Below, one piece after another: positions 46,677-56,209 of a DNA stretch of 64,000 nucleotides (position 1 is its first letter; each line of letters begins with the position of its first letter). Origin of the DNA: an uncultured Lentisphaerales bacterium (GTDB lineage: Bacteria; Verrucomicrobiota; Kiritimatiellia; RFP12; JAAYLN01); assembly GCA_964592855.1 (NCBI GenBank), contig CAZQKI010000002.1, positions 4,356-68,355 on the forward strand. Reading direction: 5' to 3'. Under the pieces are notes generated by a model. It did no database searches. It was not told the origin of the DNA and saw nothing but the letters and a program-made list of their open reading frames with translations. The position numbers and the translations under genes were made by a program.

Positions 46677-49204
46677 GGCGCGGGCGGGTTCAGGGGCTCA
46701 AGTTCGAGGGCGATGACGCGGATGGGGATGTGGCGGTGGTAATGGTACTCCAGGCGCAACGGAAGCCCGCCGTCGTAGTCGAACTCGCAGGAGACGGGGA
46801 TGCCGGCCCGAACGGGAGCATGGCCGATAACCGTTCCCGCCTGCCCGATTGTGATGGCCCGCAGATCGCCCTCGGCGCGGTCGGCATCGTTTGGCGTTGT
46901 GGCTTCCGTGATCAGCGTGGCACGGTAGCGTCCTGCCGGGAAGGGGAGGTCGGGGCCGTACAACACCAGCCCCTGCAAGACGCGGAGAGGGTCGATATGG
47001 ATGCTCCCCGTGATGACGTCGGTTGCGCCTTGGTGGAAGAAATCCGCCGCCGGCCAACGATAGCGTCCCTCCTGCAGGGGGCCGGCACCATCGCCGGCGA
47101 ACAGCAGGGCATGTTCCAGCCTCGGCTGCCCCGATGTGACGCGCCACGTGTCGCCGTGGGGTGACGACAGGGGGGTCTCCAGCCAGGTGGCTGCGGCGGG
47201 GATTGCGAGGGTTGTGCCGCTGCTGGAGAGGAGCGTGCCGCCGCCGGAAACCCGCATCAGGTAGCGGAGGTTCGGCGCCCGTGGTGCCGGGGTCCGCATC
47301 GTGAGCGGAAAATCGAATTGCATGTCGGCAATGCCGGGTTGGGTATTGAATGCCCATTGTCTGGACGGCCAGTAGCGGGGCGGGCCCCACAGTTCGGGAA
47401 TGTCGGCTGCATCGTGCGGGTTATCCCGGATCACAAAGCTCCGAATGGGGCCTTCGGCGGCAAGCGGATCGAGCCAGGGATTCTGCAACAGGCCCCGCAG
47501 TGCGATGGCGGACGGGAAGAAACTGCCCCTCGTGGGATAGGGCTGCTCGTGAAAGATGATGTAGCGCACGGAGAGTGCCTTCAGGGCGGCCAACTGCTTT
47601 TCGGCAAGAACGCCGTGATTGAGACAAGACAGCGGTTCGACCACGCGTTTGAGATACCGCTTGGGGACGGCCGGGCTATAGCCGTTGAGCAGGCGGACGT
47701 GCGAGCGGATGATCCCATATTCGTATACCGACGAAAAATGGGATTCGCCGGGCCATAGCGGAATGGCCAGCGCATACGGTTGCCCCAACCGCTGTTCGTC
47801 CGCATGTGTGGCGATTGCTTCATAGGGCGGCATGTCCTTGGGCAACGAGCAGAGACCGATGCGGAACCACAAGGCCGATTCCACGAAAATCAGCGAACCC
47901 AGCAGGACGAAAATCCCCATCAGACACCTTTTCCACACCCTTGACCAGGCGGGCCTCTCCGCAAAGAGCAGAGCCAGTAGAATGGTCAGCAGCGTGGGCA
48001 TCAGACAGAAGATCTTGGTCGTCTGGCGGATCATCGTGAACTTATGAAGCACACTGCGCGCGAGTTTCAGCGGCAAGCCCGAAAAAGGACCATTCACGCC
48101 CAGGGATACCAATATGGTTGCCAGGATTCCGAGTGTGACAATGATCAATAGCCAGTCGGGGTGAGCCGCGCCTTTGCCTTGCTGTGGCACGGTCGCTGCC
48201 CGCGAGCGTGCCTGCAGTTTGCTGACACCCTTCAGCGCATACCCGAAGACGATCAGCGCGGTCAGTGAAGCGCCGAAATAGATATGGTTGGAGTATCCCA
48301 GCGGGCCCCAGTATAACAGCCCGCGTAGTATCGGCGAACACAGCTTCACGTCATTCCAACTTCGGCCGTGGGCCACGTCGGAGCCTGACAGGTGGCGGCT
48401 GGACAATACGCTCAGCCCCGCAGCCAATGCGGCACAGATCAGCGTCGGCAGGAGGGCGATGAAAGTTGCACGGATGCGGGGCCAGGTGATGTCCAGCGGC
48501 TTCGCCTCCGTTCCCCAGGCGATGGCGCACCAGAACGGCGTGAGGAGTGATGCGAAATAGAAGCAGTGGAGATCCGTGCCATAGGCGCCGAGTAGGGTTA
48601 GTCCGGCCAGGAAACCGCCCGAGGGACGGTGGTCGCGGACCGCCTGGTCGAGGCCGACGATCAGCCAGGGAAGCAGGCCCATGCCAAAGCCCGTCGGGCT
48701 CCCGCCCAGCAGCGTGATCCAGCGAAAAGGGAAGGCGGTGACAATGAGCGCGATGGCCAGGGACAGCCAGCGTGAGTTTGCGTAGCGTTGAGCCAGTGCA
48801 AAACAGCCGAAGATTCCGAGGAGGACCGACGCCAATCCCGCCAGATTCCAACCTGCAGGGTCGCCCAGCCAGGGGGATGTCGCGGCAAAAATGAGCGAGA
48901 AGGGGACATAATAGGGACTGAAGTGTGCCTGGCGCGAGTCGTTCCCCATGTTGAATTCATAGACGTTGTTGAAGGGAGGTGTCTTTCCCGCCAGCATGTC
49001 GCGCGCCAGCCAGAAGTGGTAGTAGAGCTGGAGATGGTCGCCGGGGTTCAATTCCATGAACTGGGACATGGAGATGTGGAGGCGGTCGGTCGAGGGAATG
49101 GTGTCGTTGAAATGCAATGGCAATGGCCAGGTGATCAAGGCCCAGATCATGAGGCCGCCAAGAAACAATGCAATGCGGGAGGATGTTATTGAAGTCATGG
49201 TCAA
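46673..49204 (-). CDS. Large polytopic membrane protein (GT-C-like / YfhO-like), hypothetical
   Basis: At least 12 predicted TM segments in the first ~550 aa, then a ~290-aa soluble C-terminal domain. ATGA overlap with the downstream HAD gene. Confidence 0.5.
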   Translation of the reverse strand: MTMTSITSSRIALFLGGLMIWALITWPLPLHFNDTIPSTDRLHISMSQFMELNPGDHLQLYYHFWLARDMLAGKTPPFNNVYEFNMGNDSRQAHFSPYYVPFSLIFAATSPWLGDPAGWNLAGLASVLLGIFGCFALAQRYANSRWLSLAIALIVTAFPFRWITLLGGSPTGFGMGLLPWLIVGLDQAVRDHRPSGGFLAGLTLLGAYGTDLHCFYFASLLTPFWCAIAWGTEAKPLDITWPRIRATFIALLPTLICAALAAGLSVLSSRHLSGSDVAHGRSWNDVKLCSPILRGLLYWGPLGYSNHIYFGASLTALIVFGYALKGVSKLQARSRAATVPQQGKGAAHPDWLLIIVTLGILATILVSLGVNGPFSGLPLKLARSVLHKFTMIRQTTKIFCLMPTLLTILLALLFAERPAWSRVWKRCLMGIFVLLGSLIFVESALWFRIGLCSLPKDMPPYEAIATHADEQRLGQPYALAIPLWPGESHFSSVYEYGIIRSHVRLLNGYSPAVPKRYLKRVVEPLSCLNHGVLAEKQLAALKALSVRYIIFHEQPYPTRGSFFPSAIALRGLLQNPWLDPLAAEGPIRSFVIRDNPHDAADIPELWGPPRYWPSRQWAFNTQPGIADMQFDFPLTMRTPAPRAPNLRYLMRVSGGGTLLSSSGTTLAIPAAATWLETPLSSPHGDTWRVTSGQPRLEHALLFAGDGAGPLQEGRYRWPAADFFHQGATDVITGSIHIDPLRVLQGLVLYGPDLPFPAGRYRATLITEATTPNDADRAEGDLRAITIGQAGTVIGHAPVRAGIPVSCEFDYDGGLPLRLEYHYHRHIPIRVIALELEPLNPPAP

Positions 49205-49348
49205 CTATCCGAAGCGGCAAGGGGGCAGAGAGGGAAGGCCCCGCAGCAGTCATCCAATAGGCGCGATCATATCAAATGCAGGCTTCGGACGGAATTGAAA
49301 ACCTTCGGACTTGGCAGAACGGCCCGGAATGCGTATGCTTCACCGCTC

Positions 49349-49606
49349 ATGAAACCGCAAGAAATCGAAACCCGGCTGAAACAACTGATCGTGGATCGCC
49401 TGTTCCTCAAGGTGGAGCCTGAAGCACTCGAAGCCGAGGCCTCGTTGATCGATGTCTACGGCGTGGATTCCGTTTGCCTGCTGGAACTGGTCGTGGGGCT
49501 TGAAGACGAGTTTGGCCTCCAGATCGAGGACGGCGATTTCAACGTGGCCAATTTTGAGTCGGTGGCCGCGTTGTCGGCCTTCGTCCAGACACGCCTGCCC
49601 GCTTGA
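49349..49606 (+). CDS. Acyl carrier protein-like (phosphopantetheine attachment site)
   Basis: MKPQEIETRLKQLIVDRLFLKVEPEALEAEASLIDVYGVDSVCLLELVVGLEDEFGLQIEDGDF, with DS Ser in the typical helix-2 position. Start at the internal Met of the listed ORF 49295..49606. Confidence 0.65.
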   Translation: MKPQEIETRLKQLIVDRLFLKVEPEALEAEASLIDVYGVDSVCLLELVVGLEDEFGLQIEDGDFNVANFESVAALSAFVQTRLPA

Positions 49607-49616
49607 GGTAGCCGCC

Positions 49617-50513
49617 ATGACGAAACCGCTTGCTGCCGGCGGGGGCGCCGCCATTCCTCAAACGCTGACCGCCGTCGCCGTCGCGGTGCCGCGCGAATTC
49701 ACGGAGGCGCTGGCCGACTTCCTGGCCGAGGCTGGCGTCATCGCCTCCGCCTGGGAGGATTGGGAGGGCGGTCCCAGCCGCGTTGAAATCTTTCTGGAAA
49801 CCCCGGAAGGTGTGCCGGATGCGGAGCTTGCGCTCAAGCGGGCGGGGGCGGCCTATGGCCTGGCGCTTCAGCCGGTCGTCAGCACCCTCCAGTCCGAGGA
49901 TTGGACGGAGACCTGGAAACGCTTCTTCCACACGGCGCAGATTTCGCCGCGGCTGGTGGTGCGGCCCCCCTGGGAATCCTATGCGCCCCGGGCGGACGAG
50001 CAGGTGATCATCCTCGATCCCGGCATGAGCTTTGGCACGGGACGTCACGGTACAACGCAGGCCTGCATGCAGATGCTGGACGAACTGGCGCTGGGCGATC
50101 GCTCGCGCGGCGTGCTCGACATCGGCTGCGGCTCAGGCATCCTCTCCATTGCCGCCGCGAAACTGGGATTCGCGAATGTCCGCGGCTACGACTCCGACCC
50201 CGATGCCGTCCGGATCGCCGCGGAGAATGCGGCGATCAACGGTGTCGCGGTCGCCTATGCCACGGGCGACCTGGCGACGGACGCCACGAAAGACGACATC
50301 GTCGTGGCCAATGTGCTCGCCGTCGTGCTTTGCGAATACGCGCCGCAGGTGGCGGCCGCGGTCCACAACGTCCCCGGCCACGCGCTGCTGCTCTCCGGCA
50401 TCCTGGACGGCCAGTATCCGAAGGTCGTGGAATGCTACGCCCGGCAGGGCTTCCGGGAGCAGAAGAGCATCCTGATCGGCGAATGGCGCAGCGGCTGGTT
50501 TGTCCGCGGCTAG
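49617..50513 (+). CDS. prmA: Ribosomal protein L11 methyltransferase
   Basis: PrmA pattern: VVRPPWESY, ILDPGMSFGTGRHGTT, VLDIGCGSGILSIAAAKLG SAM-binding motif. ATG at 49617 within the frame of the listed ORF 49452..50513. Confidence 0.8.
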   Translation: MTKPLAAGGGAAIPQTLTAVAVAVPREFTEALADFLAEAGVIASAWEDWEGGPSRVEIFLETPEGVPDAELALKRAGAAYGLALQPVVSTLQSEDWTETWKRFFHTAQISPRLVVRPPWESYAPRADEQVIILDPGMSFGTGRHGTTQACMQMLDELALGDRSRGVLDIGCGSGILSIAAAKLGFANVRGYDSDPDAVRIAAENAAINGVAVAYATGDLATDATKDDIVVANVLAVVLCEYAPQVAAAVHNVPGHALLLSGILDGQYPKVVECYARQGFREQKSILIGEWRSGWFVRG

Positions 50514-51424
50514 AGACGGATCAGGTCGGCGTGGTCCGGGTCGTCGTGCGGGTTGATGTGGATCATGACATCGCCGACGCTGGGATCGGCCGCGAAGATC
50601 TTCTGCTTCACGATTGTCGCGATCTCGTGCGAGTGCTGCACGGTCATGGCAGGATCCATTTCGAGCTTGAGATCCACGATGATGTACTGCCCGGAGCGGC
50701 GTCCGCGGATTTCATGGACATGCTCGACGCCGGCCACGGCCGCGGCCAGCAGGCTGATGGCGTTGAGATGCGTTTCCGGCAACGCCGCATCGATGAGGTC
50801 ATGCGTCGCGTTGCGCATCGTTTCGATGCCGACATGCGCGATCATCAATCCCGTGATGCCGGCGAAAATGGGGTCGAAGATCGGCCATCCCAAAAACGCC
50901 GCACCGCAGCCGATGAGCGTGCCGATCGAGGTGATCGCATCTTTGCGGTGATCGTGGGCGAGGGCGCTCAGGACCGGGCTGTAGAGCCGGTCGGCCCTGC
51001 GGAATGTCAGGCGGGCCAGCCACTCCTTGATGGCGATCGTCAAGGCGGCGACCCCGACGGTCAGCACGTGCGGGCGGACGCTGGCGCCGGCGGCAACGGC
51101 GGTTATCGAGGTGTAGAGGATCCAGACGCTGGTGAAGATGATGACCAGCCCGACCATGAACGCACCCAGGCTCTCCGCCCGTCCGTGGCCGTAGGGGTGG
51201 CGGCGGTCGAAGGGCTGCCGGCTGAAGCGGAGCATCGCCAATGAAGCGGCCGAGATGGCCAGATCGCACGCGCTTTCGATGCCATCGGCAAAGAGGGCCT
51301 CGGATCGGCCGACGTGACCGACCAGCATCTTGCCGATCATCAAAATGCAGTTCACCGCCAGGCCGATGCGAACCATCGCTTCGGCTTGGTGAAAGCGCTC
51401 CTGGCGTTTGAGTTCGGCAGTCAT
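50510..51424 (-). CDS. Cation diffusion facilitator family transporter
   Basis: CDF signature in TM2 (SEALFADGIESACDLAISAASLAML), HD motifs in TM5 (LALAHDHRKDAITSIG) and C-terminal cytoplasmic domain. Only the last 304 codons of the listed 700-aa ORF; the upstream part is an Arg/Gly-rich artefact overlapping the real upstream gene. Confidence 0.8.
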   Translation of the reverse strand: MTAELKRQERFHQAEAMVRIGLAVNCILMIGKMLVGHVGRSEALFADGIESACDLAISAASLAMLRFSRQPFDRRHPYGHGRAESLGAFMVGLVIIFTSVWILYTSITAVAAGASVRPHVLTVGVAALTIAIKEWLARLTFRRADRLYSPVLSALAHDHRKDAITSIGTLIGCGAAFLGWPIFDPIFAGITGLMIAHVGIETMRNATHDLIDAALPETHLNAISLLAAAVAGVEHVHEIRGRRSGQYIIVDLKLEMDPAMTVQHSHEIATIVKQKIFAADPSVGDVMIHINPHDDPDHADLIRL

Positions 51425-52797
51425 CAGTTGTTCAGGCTGTGAATCGGTGCGGGAATGTGTCCGCCGCGCCGCACAAAAGCCTCGCCTCCACAGGGACAGG
51501 CGGGCGTGGTCACCGTGCCGGCTCCGAACAGCCCGCCGAAATCGACGTGATCGCCCTTGACCGCCCCGGGCACGGGGATGACGCGCACGCCGGTCGTCTT
51601 GCGGTTGGCCATGCCGATGGCCGCCTCGTCCATGATGATCCCCGCGATTGTCTCGGGCGTCGTGTCGCCGGGCAGCAGGATCATGTCGAGCCCCACCGAG
51701 CAGACGGCGGTCATGGCCTCGAGCTTCTCCAGCGTGAGCGTCCCCTGCGTGACGGCGTCGGAAAGGACGTGGTCCTCCATGACGGGGATGAAGGCGCCGG
51801 AGAGTCCGCCCACCGCGCTGGAGGCGAATGCGCCGCCTTTCTTGACCGCGTCGTTCAGCAGCATGACGGCGGCGGTCGTTCCCGGGGCGCCGACCTTCAG
51901 GACGCCCATGGCCTGGTAGATCTCGCCGACGCTGTCGCCGACGCGGGGCGTGGGGGCCAGCGACAGGTCGACCACGCCGAAGGGGACGCCGAGCTTGATG
52001 GCCACTTCGCGCCCGATCAGTTCGCCGGTGCGGGTGACGCGGAAGGCGGTGTGCTTGATCTCCTCCGCCACCTCGTCCAGCGTGGCGTCGGGATGCTCGC
52101 GGAGCAGGCGCTCCACGGCGCGCTTGACCACGCCGGGGCCGCTGACGCCCACGTTGATCACCGTGTCGGGCTCGCCGGCGCCAAGCATGGCGCCCGCCAT
52201 GAAGGGATTGTCCTCGGGCATGTTGGCGAATACGACGATCTTGGCGGTGGCGAAGCCCTTTTGCGCAGCGCTGGCGGCGGCCGTGTCCACGATGGTTTGC
52301 GCGACGGAGAGGATGGCATCCACATTCATGCCCGCGCGTGTCGTGGCGACGTTGATGGACGAGCAGACGCGCTTCGTGCGCGTCAGCGCCCGGGGGAGCG
52401 AGGCGATCAGGGTGCGTGCGCCGGGCGTCATGCCTTTGTGGACCAGTGCCGAAAAACCGCCCAGCAGGTCGATGTTGACGGCGTCCGCCGCGCGGTCCAG
52501 CGCCTCCGCCAGCAGCACGGCGGCGTCGACGTCGTGGTCTTCGAGCAGCACGCTTGCGGGCGAAATGGCGATGCGCTTGTTGACGATGGGGAGGCCGTAG
52601 CGGTCCGAACACAGGTTGCAGACAGGCACCAGATTCCGGGCGCAGTCCACGATCCGCGCGTAGACGGCCTCCGCCTGCGCCACGGGATCGCGTCGCGCGC
52701 AGCGGTTGAGGTTGATGCCAAGGGTCACGGTACGGACGTCCAGGTGTTCCTCCTGAACCATGCGAAGCGTGCCGAGAATGTCCTTTTGTCTGAGCAT
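51424..52797 (-). CDS. UPF0210 (DUF711) family protein
   Basis: ~457 aa, Gly/Ala-rich. Resembles the UPF0210 family, which is typically encoded next to an ACT-domain protein, as here. ATGA overlap with the CDF gene. Confidence 0.55.
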   Translation of the reverse strand: MLRQKDILGTLRMVQEEHLDVRTVTLGINLNRCARRDPVAQAEAVYARIVDCARNLVPVCNLCSDRYGLPIVNKRIAISPASVLLEDHDVDAAVLLAEALDRAADAVNIDLLGGFSALVHKGMTPGARTLIASLPRALTRTKRVCSSINVATTRAGMNVDAILSVAQTIVDTAAASAAQKGFATAKIVVFANMPEDNPFMAGAMLGAGEPDTVINVGVSGPGVVKRAVERLLREHPDATLDEVAEEIKHTAFRVTRTGELIGREVAIKLGVPFGVVDLSLAPTPRVGDSVGEIYQAMGVLKVGAPGTTAAVMLLNDAVKKGGAFASSAVGGLSGAFIPVMEDHVLSDAVTQGTLTLEKLEAMTAVCSVGLDMILLPGDTTPETIAGIIMDEAAIGMANRKTTGVRVIPVPGAVKGDHVDFGGLFGAGTVTTPACPCGGEAFVRRGGHIPAPIHSLNN

Positions 52798-52823
52798 GTT
52801 TGTGAGTCCCTGGCGCGTGGCCG

Positions 52824-53426
52824 TTAAGCGGGGGGAAGCAGGGCGCCGATGGGGCCGATTTCGTTAGTGGCCCGGAAGATGTTCTCGTGGGCCAGCGTGG
52901 CGGTCAGGCCGTGCAGCGCCATCTGGTCGCGAAAGGCCTGCTGGATGGCGTGGGTGTCGGACGCGGCCGGCAGCGTGACCTGCGCGATGTAGACGACGCG
53001 GTCGTTCTCGACTTCGACCTGCCAGTCGGCGATGTTGACGCCGTATTGCACGAAGAAGTTGCTGATGGCATGAATGGTCCCGGCCTTGTCGGGGCCGCTG
53101 GTGAGGGCGATGAAAGGGTGACCGTCGGGCAGGACGGGCTGTGGCGTCTGGCGGATGGACCGCACGGCGACGGCGGACTCGGTTCCCAGCGCCTGTTGAA
53201 GCGCCAGGGTAAGCGCTGCGGGGGTGATCGGCTTCTCGAGGATCGCCGTGAAGGTCAGGCTGAAGAAGCCGTCGACGATGGATTGGCGGATGCCGCCGAT
53301 GTTCCCTTTGCTGTCGAGGATGACACGGGTGACATCGCGGAGGATGCCGACGCGGTCCGGCAGCAGGATGGTTGCGACAATGGCGTTTGCAGGTTGCATG
53401 GGGTCGGCCCGGTCGTGTGCCGTCAT
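52824..53426 (-). CDS. Tandem ACT-domain protein (GcvR / UPF0237-like)
   Basis: Two ACT-like beta-alpha-beta-beta-alpha-beta units (IVATILLPDRVGILRDVTRVILDSKGNIGG... and FIALTSGPDKAGTIHAISNFFVQYGVNIAD...). Start at MTAHDRADP; alternative start 53399. Confidence 0.6.
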   Translation of the reverse strand: MTAHDRADPMQPANAIVATILLPDRVGILRDVTRVILDSKGNIGGIRQSIVDGFFSLTFTAILEKPITPAALTLALQQALGTESAVAVRSIRQTPQPVLPDGHPFIALTSGPDKAGTIHAISNFFVQYGVNIADWQVEVENDRVVYIAQVTLPAASDTHAIQQAFRDQMALHGLTATLAHENIFRATNEIGPIGALLPPA

Positions 53427-53926
53427 TGGGGAATCAGAACCATGGCCACTTCCGGGCAGGTGAAGGGATTGGCGTGCTTGGTGCAGTTGATGCACCCCAT
53501 GTAGATCTTGTGCATGATCTGGGTCTTGGGGATCTCGGTGAAGCCCAGGGTGCGGAAGAACTCCGGCGCAAAGGTCAGGACGATCAACTGGGAGACTTTC
53601 AGCGGGACGACGTGGTCGATGACCGCCTGCACGAGTTTGCGGCCCAGCCCGGTGTTCCGCCAGTCGCGGAGCACGGCGACGGACTTGATTTCGACGGCCG
53701 TGTGCGAGATGTCGCCGACTTCGGGCAGGATGCTCCAGGCGGCGCAGCCCACGATTTGTCCGTCCTGGTCGGCGATGAAAAAGCGGTCGATGTTCTGGAC
53801 AATGTCGTTGAACGAGCGGGCGATCAGTTCGGCCGGATGATTGCGGATGAGGTCGAAGATGCCGGGCACATCGTTCAAACTGGCGGAGCGGACCAGAGGC
53901 GCGCCGGCGGCTGGTTTTTCTTTCAT
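53423..53926 (-). CDS. GNAT family N-acetyltransferase with C-terminal Cys cluster
   Basis: GNAT motif A (VAVLRDWRNTGLGRKLVQ) and C-terminal CINCTKHANPFTCPE. Only the last 167 codons of the listed 605-aa ORF. Confidence 0.7.
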   Translation of the reverse strand: MKEKPAAGAPLVRSASLNDVPGIFDLIRNHPAELIARSFNDIVQNIDRFFIADQDGQIVGCAAWSILPEVGDISHTAVEIKSVAVLRDWRNTGLGRKLVQAVIDHVVPLKVSQLIVLTFAPEFFRTLGFTEIPKTQIMHKIYMGCINCTKHANPFTCPEVAMVLIPQ

Positions 53927-53979
53927 GGCGGCTATCCTACACGATTTTCCAAACGTCGGCAAAGGCTTTGCCTGAGGCG

Positions 53980-56127
53980 TCAGCGGATGGTCCTGAACTC
54001 GGCTGGCGCGAGGGTGATCACATCGTCCCTGCCGCCATGGTGGAGGTGGAGGGTGTGCGGGTTTTCGAAGTCGATGTTGTAGAGGCAGATTTCGCCGTTT
54101 TCGGGGAAGCAGGTGTAGACGACATGCTGGCATTCCGTTCCCGGAAGCTGTCCGTCGTCGGTGATGTACGTATCGCCCCGTGTTTCCAGGGCGATCTTGC
54201 GGTAGATGGCGCCGATGAAGCCGACGCTGTCGCGCGTGGCGCTCGGGCCGACGTCGCTGTCGAGCGCGCCCGGATATTCCCACACGTTCAGAAAATAGAC
54301 CGTCCCCTTGCCCAGCTTGTGCCGGATCAGCAACGGGGTGAACTGCTCGTCCTCGACGGCGATCACTTCCGTCGCCGGCCCCAGTTCGATGTCGCCGCGG
54401 TGGGTCATGCAGATGCCGAACTTGCGGAAGGGGGAGACGCCCAGCGGCCGGTCGTTGCCCGGCGTGATCGCCCAGTAGAACTGCTTGCCGCGCCCGGTGA
54501 CCTTGACGCCGCAAAGCTCCGAGAAGTCGCCCCCGTGGATGAGTTCGTCGGTGCCGTAGCTGGTGAAATTGCGTGTGGTGTTGGTGGAGAGATGAGGGAT
54601 GGAGATGAACAGGGTCCCGCCTTGGCGGACATAGGCCACCAGCGCCTCGTACTGCTTCGCGGTGCAGGTGTTCCAGCCGGCAAAGAGCAAGGCCGCGTAC
54701 TGCCCGGCGAGGAAGTCCGCGTCGGGATCGGCCGCGAAGCTCACGATGTCCGTGATGCCGTATGGCGTCCCCGAGAGGAAGGGGTTGGGGTATTCGCCCA
54801 GCACGGGCGGCCGCGGGTAGAAGGTCCTGGCAAAGATATCCCAGCTGCGCTCGGGCATCGACTGGAACCAGCGGGCATCCTTGTCCGCCAGGTCGTACTG
54901 GCCGGCGATGACCGCGTTGGGGTGGTAGCCGGGGCCGGCCAGGTCGAGGTTCCCCTTGATGGCCGCAATGCGTGTGGCGGGCTGCCCCGCCGGCGTGCCG
55001 CTGGCCTTCAGGAAGTCGTAGAAGTCGGAGATGCGGCGGCGGTACTCCCGGCAGACGGGGGAGTTGTAGTTGATGTTGAGATAGTGCTTGCGCGCCTCGT
55101 CGACATACGGCGCCGTCAGGTGCGGGTCGTTGGTGTGGATGGGACCCAGGGCGAGCTTGGGCACCTGATGCATCGGCGTGTCCTCGACATGGTCGCTCTG
55201 CTGCCACCAGTTGCCGCTTTCGACGAGCAGGAGCTTGCATCCGCTCATGTACTTCAAATACAGCGAAGCCGTGAGCAACGGCATTTTGAGAAGGCTGGCA
55301 TAGGGCAGGAAGGAATAATGCTCATGGGCGATGTCCGTTCCCCAGATCGGCAGATCGAACTGGCGGTACAGGCCGCGCGAAATCGCGGAGGCGATGTTGA
55401 TGTGCGGAACGGCGAAGTCCTCGACGGCGGGGATTTCGATCCCGCCGATGATTTCGTAGTCCAGCGTGGCGATGCCGCCCGTGACCATCATCTGCGACCA
55501 GCCATCCGCCTTGTGCTTCCGCACGCAGCGCTGCACGCTCTGAATGAAGTTGTTTGCCAGTTGCCGGAGATCGCCGGTCGTCGCCTGCTTGGCCAGGGCC
55601 AGCACGGGATCTTCCTCGGAATTGAGGCGGAAGGTGAAGACCTCGCCGACATTGCAGCCGAGAAAACGGTTCAGATAGGGCTTCATCCGCTTCAGCTGCC
55701 TGGGGTCGGCTTCGGTGTAGATGGTCATCAGCGCCAGATCATTCTCCTCCGCCTGCTTCAGCATGCGGACCAGGCCGGCGCCCAGGCGCTCGGGATGCCT
55801 GCCGATCTCATCCCAGTCGCCCGGCGTGAGGTTCGTGCCGTTCTTCCAGTCGGGCTGTGGAATGGCGAGTCCGAGTTCATCGAGCGCCATGTAGTCGGCC
55901 ATGGCAAGCAGGCTTTGCTTGGTGGCGCCGCCGTCCCAGATGGCCACCAGGTTTCCCTGGTTGTCCTGGATGGTCTGGTTGATGTACCAGGCCGCGTCAT
56001 GATCTTCTGAAACCCAGCTCGTGTAGAAGAGGCCGGAGGTCTGGAAGACCGTATCGCCCCGGTGGAGGTAGACGGGAGTGCCGAGAAAGGTGCCGCAGGC
56101 CGGGAGTTTGGTTTTCGGATGTTTCAT
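53980..56127 (-). CDS. Hypothetical 715-aa protein, possibly a glycoside hydrolase
   Basis: Long, Trp/Tyr-rich, no obvious signal peptide. The segment QYEALVAYVRQGGTLFISIPHL is reminiscent of the GATase-like trimerisation domain of GH42-type enzymes. Weak assignment. Confidence 0.35.
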   Translation of the reverse strand: MKHPKTKLPACGTFLGTPVYLHRGDTVFQTSGLFYTSWVSEDHDAAWYINQTIQDNQGNLVAIWDGGATKQSLLAMADYMALDELGLAIPQPDWKNGTNLTPGDWDEIGRHPERLGAGLVRMLKQAEENDLALMTIYTEADPRQLKRMKPYLNRFLGCNVGEVFTFRLNSEEDPVLALAKQATTGDLRQLANNFIQSVQRCVRKHKADGWSQMMVTGGIATLDYEIIGGIEIPAVEDFAVPHINIASAISRGLYRQFDLPIWGTDIAHEHYSFLPYASLLKMPLLTASLYLKYMSGCKLLLVESGNWWQQSDHVEDTPMHQVPKLALGPIHTNDPHLTAPYVDEARKHYLNINYNSPVCREYRRRISDFYDFLKASGTPAGQPATRIAAIKGNLDLAGPGYHPNAVIAGQYDLADKDARWFQSMPERSWDIFARTFYPRPPVLGEYPNPFLSGTPYGITDIVSFAADPDADFLAGQYAALLFAGWNTCTAKQYEALVAYVRQGGTLFISIPHLSTNTTRNFTSYGTDELIHGGDFSELCGVKVTGRGKQFYWAITPGNDRPLGVSPFRKFGICMTHRGDIELGPATEVIAVEDEQFTPLLIRHKLGKGTVYFLNVWEYPGALDSDVGPSATRDSVGFIGAIYRKIALETRGDTYITDDGQLPGTECQHVVYTCFPENGEICLYNIDFENPHTLHLHHGGRDDVITLAPAEFRTIR

Positions 56128-56209
56128 GGTGTCTCACGTGGGTTGAACGAGCTGTCAAAATAGCGCAATCGCCGGGTTATGATAAGACAAACGTTGTGCG
56201 CCTCGCGGT

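Noticed and set aside
50510-52612. 700-aa minus-strand ORF
   Set aside because: Only the last 304 codons (CDF transporter) are protein-like. The upstream part overlaps the genuine UPF0210 gene in another frame and is Arg/Gly-rich.
53423-55240. 605-aa minus-strand ORF
   Set aside because: Only the last 167 codons form a GNAT domain. The remainder is antisense to the 715-aa protein's downstream region and is low complexity.
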